Shown here: piece after piece, positions 9,806 to 18,615 of the stretch
How positions within the stretch are numbered: position 1 is the stretch's first letter
How the letters are laid out: each line of letters opens with the position of its first letter
Origin: Mycobacterium tuberculosis H37Rv
GTDB lineage: Bacteria; Actinomycetota; Actinomycetes; Mycobacteriales; Mycobacteriaceae
Length of the DNA stretch: 32,000 nucleotides
NCBI RefSeq assembly: GCF_000195955.2
Contig: NC_000962.3
Coordinates: 2,370,001-2,402,000, forward strand
Reading direction: 5' to 3'
Position numbers and translations under genes: made by a program
Notes under the pieces: model-generated
Seen by the model: the letters and a program-made list of their open reading frames with translations, nothing else
Told to the model about the DNA's origin: nothing
The model's database searches: none

Positions 9806-10660
9806 TCAGAATCGGCAGAACCTGATGTCCGACGCCAGAATCGCTTTGGCCCCGATCGCAGCGAGCTCATCCATGATGCCGTTGACGTCCCGGCGCGGCA
9901 CCAGGGCGCGGATTGCCACCCAGTCCGGGTCGGCCAGCGGGGCGATGGTCGGTGACTCCAGCCCCGGCGTGATCGCCGTGGCCTTCTTCAACGCCGAGCG
10001 CGGGCAATCGTAGTCGAGCATCAGATACTGCTGGCCGAAGACCACCCCCTGCACCCGAGCGACCAGTTGATCGCGCGCCTCGGTCTGGTCTTGGCCGTCC
10101 GTACCGGCCCGCTCGATGAGCACCGCCTCCGAATCGCACAGCGGCTCACCAAAGGCCACCAGGTCGTGCTGGCTCAGCGTGCGACCCGACCCCACCACAT
10201 CGGCGATGGCATCGGCCACCCCGAGCTGCACCGAGATCTCCACGGCACCATCAAGTCTGATGACCGTTGCTTCGATTCCCTTGGTGGCCAGATCTTTCCG
10301 GACCAGATTCGGGTAGGCGGTGGCGATCCGCATCCCGGCTAGGTCGGCAGTCGTCCAGTTCCGCCCGGCGGGAGCGGCATAGCGGAAGCTGGACGACCCG
10401 AAGCCCAGCGCCAGGCGTTCCCGAACCTGTGCACCGGAATCGCACACCAGGTCGCGTCCGGTGATCCCGAAGTCGAGCTCTCCCGAACCGACATATATGG
10501 CAATGTCTTTGGGCCGCAAGAAGAAGAACTCGACGTTGTTGACCGGATCGATGACGGTCAAGTCTTTGGAATCGGTGCGGCGGCGGTAGCCGGCCTCCGC
10601 GAGGATCTCGGTGGCCGGCTCGCTCAGCGCACCCTTGTTGGGAACCGCGACCCGCAGCAT
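9806..10660 (-). CDS. hisG: ATP phosphoribosyltransferase HisG (284 aa)
   Basis: ORF 9806..10789 is started at the ATG at 10660 ([25 protein letters not shown]...). The ATG lies 2 nt after the hisE TGA. Confidence 0.93.
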
Positions 10661-10662
10661 GC

Positions 10663-10944
10663 TCACAGCTTTCGATAGACGTCGTCGAGGGACAGTCCAC
10701 GGGAGATCATCAGCACCTGCGTCCAGTACAGCAACTGGCTGATCTCCTCCGCCAGTGCGTCGTTGGATTCGTGCTCGGCAGCCAGCCACACCTCGCCGGC
10801 CTCCTCGAGAAGCTTCTTACCCAGAGCATGAACCCCGCCGTCCAATGCCGCCACCGTGGTGCTGTCGGCCGGCCGGGTGCGGGCACGATCGCCGAGTTCG
10901 GCGAACAGATCCTCGAAGGTCTTCACGGCCAGCGATTGTTGCAC
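10663..10944 (-). CDS. hisE: Phosphoribosyl-ATP pyrophosphohydrolase HisE (93 aa)
   Basis: The 93-aa [63 protein letters not shown]... is MazG-like HisE and sits immediately upstream of hisG. Confidence 0.92.
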
Positions 10945-11020
10945 GTGTCAGCCAGCCAAGTCACGGTGGTTTGACGCCACACGTTCGCCACCGCCGCGCC
11001 GCGCATTAGGGCATCCTAAT

Positions 11021-11039
11021 ATAGGTTAGGCTACCCTAG
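11021..11039. promoter_or_regulatory. IdeR iron box over the PPE37 promoter
   Basis: ATAGGTTAGGCTACCCTAG matches the iron-box consensus TTAGGTTAGGCTAACCTAA at 16/19 positions. It abuts and overlaps a TANNNT -10 candidate TAATAT (11017-11022), 32 nt upstream of the PPE37 GTG. A weaker overlapping half-match lies at 11006-11024. Confidence 0.75.
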
Positions 11040-11070
11040 TTATTCCTGTGGTCGAAGGAGGCAGCCGAAC

Positions 11071-12492
11071 GTGACCTTCCCGATGTGGTTCGCAGTTCCG
11101 CCGGAAGTGCCGTCAGCATGGCTGTCCACCGGCATGGGCCCCGGTCCGCTGCTGGCCGCGGCCAGGGCGTGGCACGCGCTGGCCGCGCAATACACCGAAA
11201 TTGCAACGGAACTCGCAAGCGTGCTCGCTGCGGTGCAGGCAAGCTCGTGGCAGGGGCCCAGCGCCGACCGGTTCGTCGTCGCCCATCAACCGTTCCGGTA
11301 TTGGCTAACCCACGCTGCCACGGTGGCCACCGCAGCAGCCGCCGCGCACGAAACGGCCGCCGCCGGGTATACGTCCGCATTGGGGGGCATGCCTACGCTA
11401 GCCGAGTTGGCGGCCAACCATGCCATGCACGGCGCTCTGGTGACCACCAACTTCTTCGGTGTCAACACCATCCCGATCGCCCTCAACGAGGCCGACTACC
11501 TGCGCATGTGGATCCAGGCCGCCACCGTCATGAGCCACTATCAAGCCGTCGCGCACGAAAGCGTGGCGGCGACCCCCAGCACGCCGCCGGCGCCGCAGAT
11601 AGTGACCAGTGCGGCCAGCTCGGCGGCTAGCAGCAGCTTCCCCGACCCGACCAAATTGATCCTGCAGCTACTCAAGGATTTCCTGGAGCTGCTGCGCTAT
11701 CTGGCTGTTGAGCTGCTGCCGGGGCCGCTCGGCGACCTCATCGCCCAGGTGTTGGACTGGTTCATCTCGTTCGTGTCCGGTCCAGTCTTCACGTTTCTCG
11801 CCTACCTGGTGCTGGACCCACTGATCTATTTCGGACCGTTCGCCCCGCTGACGAGTCCGGTCCTGTTGCCTGCCGGGCTGACCGGGCTTGCCGGGCTCGG
11901 TGCGGTATCGGGGCCGGCCGGACCAATGGTCGAACGTGTGCACTCCGATGGTCCCAGCCGGCAAAGCTGGCCTGCGGCCACCGGAGTCACCCTGGTGGGT
12001 ACCAACCCGGCTGCCCTGGTTACCACGCCCGCACCCGCTCCGACCACGTCCGCGGCACCGACGGCACCGTCGACTCCCGGATCCAGTGCCGCCCAAGGCC
12101 TTTACGCGGTCGGTGGTCCCGACGGGGAAGGGTTCAACCCGATCGCCAAGACGACAGCACTCGCCGGTGTTACCACCGATGCCGCCGCACCTGCCGCCAA
12201 ACTGCCCGGCGACCAAGCTCAGAGCAGCGCCAGCAAAGCAACAAGACTGCGGCGACGTCTCCGGCAACACCGCTTCGAGTTTCTGGCCGACGACGGCCGC
12301 CTGACCATGCCAAACACACCGGAGATGGCAGACGTCGCCGCCGGCAACCGTGGATTGGATGCGCTGGGGTTCGCCGGCACGATCCCAAAATCGGCGCCCG
12401 GATCAGCGACCGGGCTTACTCACCTAGGCGGCGGATTCGCCGACGTCCTGTCGCAGCCGATGCTTCCGCACACGTGGGACGGGTCAGATTAA
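11071..12492 (+). CDS. PPE37: PPE family protein PPE37 (473 aa)
   Basis: GTG start preceded by GGAGG. The N-terminus is MTFPMWFAVPPEVPSAWLSTGMGPGPLLAAARAWHALAAQYTEIA..., with the PPE motif and a conserved about 180-aa PPE domain. Confidence 0.92.
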   Translation: MTFPMWFAVPPEVPSAWLSTGMGPGPLLAAARAWHALAAQYTEIATELASVLAAVQASSWQGPSADRFVVAHQPFRYWLTHAATVATAAAAAHETAAAGYTSALGGMPTLAELAANHAMHGALVTTNFFGVNTIPIALNEADYLRMWIQAATVMSHYQAVAHESVAATPSTPPAPQIVTSAASSAASSSFPDPTKLILQLLKDFLELLRYLAVELLPGPLGDLIAQVLDWFISFVSGPVFTFLAYLVLDPLIYFGPFAPLTSPVLLPAGLTGLAGLGAVSGPAGPMVERVHSDGPSRQSWPAATGVTLVGTNPAALVTTPAPAPTTSAAPTAPSTPGSSAAQGLYAVGGPDGEGFNPIAKTTALAGVTTDAAAPAAKLPGDQAQSSASKATRLRRRLRQHRFEFLADDGRLTMPNTPEMADVAAGNRGLDALGFAGTIPKSAPGSATGLTHLGGGFADVLSQPMLPHTWDGSD

Positions 12493-15400
12493 ACGTTGAA
12501 GTACTTGGCTTCCGGATGGTGCAGGACGAACGCGTCGGTCGACTGTTCGGGATGCAGCTGTAATTCCTCGGATAACGTCACACCGATGCGTTCGGGCTCC
12601 AGCAGCGCCATCATCTTGGCGCGGTCCTCCAGATCCGGGCATGCGCCGTAGCCGAAGGCAAAGCGAGCACCGCGGTAGCCGAGCTTGAAATAGTCTTCTT
12701 TCGCCTCCGGATCCTCGGCCGCCATCGCCCGATCCCCGGAGAACTTGAGCTCCTCACGGATCCGCCGGTGCCAGTACTCGGCCAGCGCCTCGGTGAGCTG
12801 CACGCCGATACCGTGCACCTCCAGGTAGTCGCGGTAGGCGTTGGACGCGAACAGCTCGTTGGCGAAATCCGCGATCGGCTGACCCATGGTCACCAGCTGG
12901 AACGGCAGCACGTCAACCTCGCCACGCTCGGCGGCCAGCTCCCGCGAGCGGATGAAATCGGCAATGCACAAAAACCGACCGCGCTGCTGGCGCGGGAAGT
13001 GAAACCGGTAGCGCACCGGGGCGTCGGGCTTGGGCTCGGTGAGCACCACGATGTCGTTGCCCTCGGACACCGCCGGGAAATAGCCGTACACCACGGCGGC
13101 GTGCGCCAAGATGCCGTCGGTGGACAGCCGGTCCAACCAGTACCGCAGCCGCGGCCGGCCCTCGGTCTCGACGAGATCTTCGTAGGACGGACCCTCACCG
13201 CCGCGCTGGCCGCGTAAACCCCACTGGCCCAAAAACAATGCGCGCTCATCGAGCAGACCGGTGTAGTCGGCCACCGCCAGGCCCTTGACGATCCGCGAAC
13301 CCCAGAACGGCGGCGCCGGGACCTCGATGTCGGCCGCGACATCGGAGCGTTCGGGCACCTCGACTGGTTCTTCGGCGGCTTTGCGCTGTGCGGCAATGCG
13401 TTTGGATCGCTGGTGGCGGGCCTTACGTTCGGCTTCTTTCTCACGCGCCTTAATGGCTTCCGGGCTGTTTTCGTCGGGCGCCTCGCCGCGCTTGGCGCTC
13501 ATGATGGTGTCCATCAACTTCAGGCCCTCGAAAGCGTCTCGCGCGTAATGCACTTCGCCCTGGTAGATCTCGGCCAGGTCGTTTTCGACATAGCTGCGCG
13601 TCAACGCCGCGCCGCCGAGCAGCACCGGGAACTTTTCGGCGACTCCCCGGGTGTTCATCTCCTCGAGGTTTTCCTTCATCACCACGGTCGACTTCACCAG
13701 CAGGCCCGACATGCCGACCACGTCGGCGCTCTTGTCCTCGGCGACTTCGAGGATGGTGGCGATTGGCTGCTTGATGCCGATGTTGACCACTTCGTAGCCG
13801 TTGTTGCTCAAGATGATGTCGACCAGGTTCTTGCCGATGTCGTGCACGTCGCCCTTGACGGTGGCCAGCACGATGCGTCCCTTGCCCGAATCGTCGTCCG
13901 AGCGCTCCATGTGCGGTTCCAGATACGCGACGGCGGCTTTCATTACCTCCGCCGACTGCAGCACGAACGGCAGCTGCATCTGGCCGGAGCCGAAGAGCTC
14001 GCCGACCGTCTTCATGCCGGCCAGCAGATGTTCGTTGATGATCTGAAGCGGCGGCTTTTGCGTCATCGCCTCGTCGAGATCGGCGTCCAGGCCGTTGCGC
14101 TCGCCGTCGACGATGCGTTGGGCCAGCCGTTCGAACAGCGGCAGCCCAGCTAGTTCAGCCAGTCGGTCCTCTTTCGAGGAGGCCGCCGACACGCCTTCGA
14201 ACAGCCGCATCAGCTCCTGCAGCGGATCGTAGTCCTCGCGGCGGCGGTCGTAGACCAGATCCAGGGCGACGTTGCGTTGCTCCTCGGGAATCCGGTTCAT
14301 CGGCAGGATCTTCGACGCGTGCACGATCGCCGAATCCAGCCCCGCTTCTTGGCATTCGTGCAGGAACACCGAGTTGAGCACCTGGCGCGCTGCGGGATTG
14401 AGACCAAACGAGATGTTGGACAGACCAAGTGTGGTCTGCACATCCGGGTGGCGCTTTTTCAGTTCGCGGATCGCCTCGATGGTCTCGATGCCGTCGCGGC
14501 GGGACTCCTCCTGACCGGTGGCGATGGTGAACGTCAAGGTGTCGATGAGGATGGATGATTCGTCGACGCCCCAGTTGCCGGTGATGTCGTTGATCAGCCG
14601 CTCGGCGATCTCGACCTTCTTCTGCGCGGTGCGGGCCTGGCCCTCTTCGTCGATGGTCAGCGCGACCACCGCCGCGCCGTGCTCGGCGACCAGCGCCATG
14701 GTCTTGGCAAAGCGCGATTCCGGGCCGTCGCCGTCCTCGTAGTTCACCGAGTTGATCGCGCAACGGCCACCCAGATGCTCCAAACCCGCCTGCAGCACCG
14801 CGGTTTCGGTGGAGTCCAGCATGATCGGCAGCGTCGAGGACGTGGCCAGCCGGCTGGCCAGCGCCTTCATGTCGGCCACACCGTCGCGGCCCACGTAGTC
14901 CACACACAGGTCCAGCAGGTGGGCGCCGTCGCGGGTCTGGTCCTTGGCGATGTCCAGGCACTTCTGGTAGTCCTCGGCGATCATCGCCTCACGAAAACCC
15001 TTGGAGCCGTTGGCGTTCGTTCGCTCCCCGATCACCAGAACCGAGGCGTCCTGGGCGAACGGGATTGCGGTGTACAGCGACGACACCGACGGCTCGTAGC
15101 TGACCTGTCGCTCGGGACGCTTGATGTTCGCAACCGCGGCAGCCACTTCGCGGATATGGGCCGGGGTGGTGCCGCAGCAGCCACCGACCAGCGAGAGCCC
15201 GAACTCGGCGATGAAGCCGGCCAGCGCCTCGGCCAATTCGTCGGGCAGCAACGGATATTCGGCGCCCTTGGCGCCCAGCACCGGCAACCCGGCGTTGGGC
15301 ATCACCGACACCGGGATGCGGGCGTGCCGGGACAGGTGGCGCAGGTGCTCGCTCATCTCGGCCGGACCCGTCGCGCAGTTCAAGCCGATCATGTCCACAC

Positions 15401-16067
15401 CGAGCGGCTCGACAGCGGTCAACGCCGCCCCGATCTCGCTGCCCAGCAGCATGGTGCCGGTGGTCTCGACGGTGACGTGGGCAAACACCGGAATGTGCCG
15501 CCCGGCCCGCGTCATCGCCCGCCGCGACCCCAACACCGCCGCCTTCAGCTGCAGTAGGTCCTGGCAGGTTTCCACCAGGATGGCGTCGGCTCCGCCGTCC
15601 AGCATGCCCAGCGCGGCCTCGGTGTAGGCGTCGCGGATCACCGCGTATTCGGTGTGGCCCAGAGTCGGCAGCTTGGTGCCCGGCCCCATCGACCCCAGCA
15701 CGTAGCGCTTGCGGTCGGGACTGCCCAGCTCGTCGGCCACCCGGCGTGCGATCGCGGTGCCCTTCTGTGATAGATCGCGGATCCTGTCGGCGATGTCGTA
15801 GTCGCCGAGGTTGGACAGGTTGCAGCCAAACGTGTTCGTCTCGACGGCGTCGGCGCCCGCTTCGAAATAGTTGCGGTGAATGGTTTCCAGCACGTCAGGG
15901 CGGGTTTCGTTGAGGATCTCGTTGCAGCCCTCCAGGCCGCGGAAGTCGTCGAGCGTGAGGTCCGCGGCCTGTAGTTGGGTTCCCATTGCACCGTCGCCGA
16001 CCATCACTCGCTGCGACAAGACGTCGAGCAGATCGGTGTCGTAGAGGTGCTTGTCGGCCGCAGTCAC
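12489..16067 (-). CDS. metH: Cobalamin-dependent methionine synthase MetH (1192 aa)
   Basis: The full-length 1192-aa ORF has Hcy-binding, pterin-binding, B12-binding (GDVHDIGKN, the DxHxxG motif) and AdoMet-activation regions in the expected order. Confidence 0.96.
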   Translation of the reverse strand: MTAADKHLYDTDLLDVLSQRVMVGDGAMGTQLQAADLTLDDFRGLEGCNEILNETRPDVLETIHRNYFEAGADAVETNTFGCNLSNLGDYDIADRIRDLSQKGTAIARRVADELGSPDRKRYVLGSMGPGTKLPTLGHTEYAVIRDAYTEAALGMLDGGADAILVETCQDLLQLKAAVLGSRRAMTRAGRHIPVFAHVTVETTGTMLLGSEIGAALTAVEPLGVDMIGLNCATGPAEMSEHLRHLSRHARIPVSVMPNAGLPVLGAKGAEYPLLPDELAEALAGFIAEFGLSLVGGCCGTTPAHIREVAAAVANIKRPERQVSYEPSVSSLYTAIPFAQDASVLVIGERTNANGSKGFREAMIAEDYQKCLDIAKDQTRDGAHLLDLCVDYVGRDGVADMKALASRLATSSTLPIMLDSTETAVLQAGLEHLGGRCAINSVNYEDGDGPESRFAKTMALVAEHGAAVVALTIDEEGQARTAQKKVEIAERLINDITGNWGVDESSILIDTLTFTIATGQEESRRDGIETIEAIRELKKRHPDVQTTLGLSNISFGLNPAARQVLNSVFLHECQEAGLDSAIVHASKILPMNRIPEEQRNVALDLVYDRRREDYDPLQELMRLFEGVSAASSKEDRLAELAGLPLFERLAQRIVDGERNGLDADLDEAMTQKPPLQIINEHLLAGMKTVGELFGSGQMQLPFVLQSAEVMKAAVAYLEPHMERSDDDSGKGRIVLATVKGDVHDIGKNLVDIILSNNGYEVVNIGIKQPIATILEVAEDKSADVVGMSGLLVKSTVVMKENLEEMNTRGVAEKFPVLLGGAALTRSYVENDLAEIYQGEVHYARDAFEGLKLMDTIMSAKRGEAPDENSPEAIKAREKEAERKARHQRSKRIAAQRKAAEEPVEVPERSDVAADIEVPAPPFWGSRIVKGLAVADYTGLLDERALFLGQWGLRGQRGGEGPSYEDLVETEGRPRLRYWLDRLSTDGILAHAAVVYGYFPAVSEGNDIVVLTEPKPDAPVRYRFHFPRQQRGRFLCIADFIRSRELAAERGEVDVLPFQLVTMGQPIADFANELFASNAYRDYLEVHGIGVQLTEALAEYWHRRIREELKFSGDRAMAAEDPEAKEDYFKLGYRGARFAFGYGACPDLEDRAKMMALLEPERIGVTLSEELQLHPEQSTDAFVLHHPEAKYFNV

Positions 16068-16292
16068 ATGGCAAGGATAGTCGGCCTATGAAATTTCCTC
16101 AGTCGTTGACAGCGCTCTGCCAGGTACCGCGACGTCGCATCGGTCACAGCTGCCACAAGAGTCTCAGCTGAGGCAGGCACACAACGTGCCCACCTCAGCG
16201 CGACAAAGCGTGGCCATCGCTACTAGCCGGGCCGCCTCAGACGACGTGCACGGTTCGCATCGTCGCCCGGGTGGACGCCGTAGGCTGACCAG

Positions 16293-17171
16293 GTGACCCC
16301 ATCGGAGGGCAACGCACCGCTGCCCGAACTGCACAACACCGTCGTCGTGGCTGCGTTCGAGGGCTGGAACGACGCCGGCGACGCGGCCGGCGATGCCGTG
16401 GCACACCTGGCGGCCAGCTGGCAAGCACTGCCGATTGTCGAGATCGATGACGAGGCCTACTACGACTACCAGGTCAATCGGCCGGTCATCCGCCAAGTCG
16501 ATGGGGTTACCCGGGAACTGCAGTGGCCGGCCATGCGGATCTCGCACTGCCGCCCACCCGGCAGCGACCGCGACGTGGTGTTGATGTGCGGGGTGGAGCC
16601 GAATATGCGCTGGCGCACGTTTTGCGACGAGTTGCTGGCGGTCATCGACAAACTCAACGTGGACACCGTGGTGATCCTGGGGGCGCTGCTGGCCGACACC
16701 CCACACACCCGGCCGGTGCCGGTCTCGGGCGCGGCCTACTCCGCGGCGTCGGCGCGGCAGTTCGGCCTTCAAGAAACACGCTACGAGGGCCCCACCGGCA
16801 TCGCCGGCGTCTTCCAATCTGCCTGTGTGGGGGCCGGCATCCCGGCGGTGACGTTTTGGGCGGCGGTGCCGCACTATGTGTCGCACCCACCGAACCCGAA
16901 GGCGACGATTGCGTTGCTGCGCCGGGTCGAGGACGTGCTCGACGTCGAGGTGCCGTTGGCGGACCTGCCCGCACAGGCCGAAGCGTGGGAGCGCGAGATC
17001 ACCGAGACGATCGCCGAAGATCACGAGCTGGCCGAGTACGTGCAGACGCTGGAACAGCACGGCGACGCCGCGGTGGACATGAACGAGGCTCTCGGCAACA
17101 TCGACGGCGACGCGCTGGCCGCCGAGTTCGAGCGCTATCTGCGCCGGCGCCGCCCGGGGTTCGGGCGCTAG
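16293..17171 (+). CDS. PAC2 (proteasome assembly chaperone 2)-family protein (Rv2125-like, 292 aa)
   Basis: The 292-aa ORF has a GTG start. LHNTVVVAAFEGWNDAGDAAGDAV... is the typical actinobacterial PAC2-family N-terminus, followed by an acidic C-terminal tail. Confidence 0.82.
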   Translation: MTPSEGNAPLPELHNTVVVAAFEGWNDAGDAAGDAVAHLAASWQALPIVEIDDEAYYDYQVNRPVIRQVDGVTRELQWPAMRISHCRPPGSDRDVVLMCGVEPNMRWRTFCDELLAVIDKLNVDTVVILGALLADTPHTRPVPVSGAAYSAASARQFGLQETRYEGPTGIAGVFQSACVGAGIPAVTFWAAVPHYVSHPPNPKATIALLRRVEDVLDVEVPLADLPAQAEAWEREITETIAEDHELAEYVQTLEQHGDAAVDMNEALGNIDGDALAAEFERYLRRRRPGFGR

Positions 17172-17201
17172 AGGGAGGTTGCGCTGCGGCGGACGACGGT
17201 G

Positions 17202-17972
17202 TCAGCCGGGCGGCCCAGGATCGCCGGAATCACCCTGAGTGCCCGGAGCGCCGGCTTTGCCGGGATTCGTGCCTGTCGACGTACCACCGCCGGCACCAGC
17301 CTCGCCGCGCGCACCGCCGCCGCCGCCGGCCCCGCCCTCGCCGCCGCTGCCCATGGCGCCGTGGGCGCCCGAGTGGCCACTGAGCCAGCCGCCCGCCCCG
17401 CCCGCGCCACCGGCACCGCGGGCACCTCCGGCGCCGCCGGTGCCACCATCGCCACCATCGCCGCCGTCACCGCCGCGGCCACCGAAGGCGTTACCACCCC
17501 CAAAGGCGCTGGCAACGCCGCCGCCACCGGTCCCGCCGGCCCCTCCCCCACCGCCCACACCGCCGGCACCGCCAATGCCGCCGGCACCGCCAGCCCCGCC
17601 GTCACCGATCAGCAGCCCGCCGGCCCCGCCAGCCCCGCCCGCGCCGCCGGCACCACCCATGCCGCCAGAGGCTCCGGTATTCCCGTTGCCGCCGAAGCCA
17701 CCGCGGCCACCTTGGGCAAAGCCCCCAGTGAATTCGTCGGCGAACCCACCTTTCCCGCCGTCGCCACCGAGGCCGCCGGGAGCGCCGGCGCCTCCGATGC
17801 CGCCATTGCCACCGGCGCCGCCGGCCCCGCCGTTACCGATCAATCCCGCACTGTTGCCGGCCCCACGGTCCTGACCGGCGGCACCCGCCCCACCGTGCCC
17901 GCCATTGCCATACAGCAATCCACCCGGCCCACCGGGCTGGCCCGGCCCGCCGTTAGCGCCGTCGCCGATCAA
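17202..17972 (-). CDS. PE_PGRS37: PE_PGRS family protein, PGRS part only (PE_PGRS37-like; 256 aa from the TTG at 17972)
   Basis: The sequence is Gly-Gly-Ala/Asn repeat from [33 protein letters not shown]... to the stop at 17202. The enclosing ORF 17202..18269 runs further upstream, but that part is out of frame with most of the PE domain (see the pseudogene entry). Confidence 0.75.
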   Translation of the reverse strand: MIGDGANGGPGQPGGPGGLLYGNGGHGGAGAAGQDRGAGNSAGLIGNGGAGGAGGNGGIGGAGAPGGLGGDGGKGGFADEFTGGFAQGGRGGFGGNGNTGASGGMGGAGGAGGAGGAGGLLIGDGGAGGAGGIGGAGGVGGGGGAGGTGGGGVASAFGGGNAFGGRGGDGGDGGDGGTGGAGGARGAGGAGGAGGWLSGHSGAHGAMGSGGEGGAGGGGGARGEAGAGGGTSTGTNPGKAGAPGTQGDSGDPGPPG

Positions 17973-18319
17973 CGGCCGGCCAACAATGCCTGGGTGGGCG
18001 CATTGACGGCATTGAGCACTTCGTGTGCCAACGTGGCGTTGGCGGTCTCGGCGGCCGCGTACCACCCGCCACCCGAGGTTAGGGCCGCGACAAACTGCGC
18101 GAGATACGCGGCCGCCTGCGCGCTGATCTGTTGGTATTCCTGCGCATTCGCGCCGAACAGCGCCGCGATAGCCATCGACACCTCGTCGGCGGCGGTCGGC
18201 CGCCAACGCCGTCGTCGGGCCTGCCACGAGCGCATTGGCCGCGCTGATCGCCGAACCGATCCCCGCCACATCTGCGGCGGCCGCGGTCAGAAAGAAGGTT
18301 GCGCGATTACGAACGACAT
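17973..18319 (-). pseudogene. Frame-disrupted PE domain upstream of the PGRS region
   Basis: ATG at 18319 gives [10 protein letters not shown], then TGA at 18289-18287. [32 protein letters not shown] is read in the frame of ORF 17202..18269. [70 protein letters not shown] is read in the frame of ORF 17969..18271, which is the same frame as the ATG, and stops at 17971-17969. Confidence 0.7.
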
Positions 18320-18615
18320 GTAGTCTCCAACCGTTTACGGCCGCCCGGCAAGGACCTAACGAACCGTTAAGTAGGCGGCGACAGCGCGAACGCTACCGTG
18401 ACCGCACTCGCGCGACCCCACACTAGGAAGCAGCACTAATGATTTTCTTATCTTCTCCGCAGCATCGACGGCGCCAGCCGACGTTGCGGTGTGTGCGGGT
18501 ACGATTCCGGTGGAGTTGCCGCCACCCCTAGAGTGGGCGAGGATCGCAAGAGCAAATTCCGCGCCGGTAGGACAACGATAGGACCGCCATTACGAAGCCG
18601 CCCGAGACTCCTGAA

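Noticed and set aside
16068-16292. A cobalamin or SAM riboswitch in the metH leader
   Set aside because: I could not recognise a B12-box or any SAM-riboswitch core by eye, and to my knowledge the known Mtb B12 riboswitches precede metE and PPE2. A covariance-model scan would be needed to exclude one.
17239-17874. A 211-aa proline-rich + strand ORF ([18 protein letters not shown]...) and other long ORFs overlapping the PGRS region
   Set aside because: It is the antisense reading of the GGC/GCC-rich Gly-Gly-Ala repeats. Pro/Ala runs are the expected mirror image and need no separate gene.
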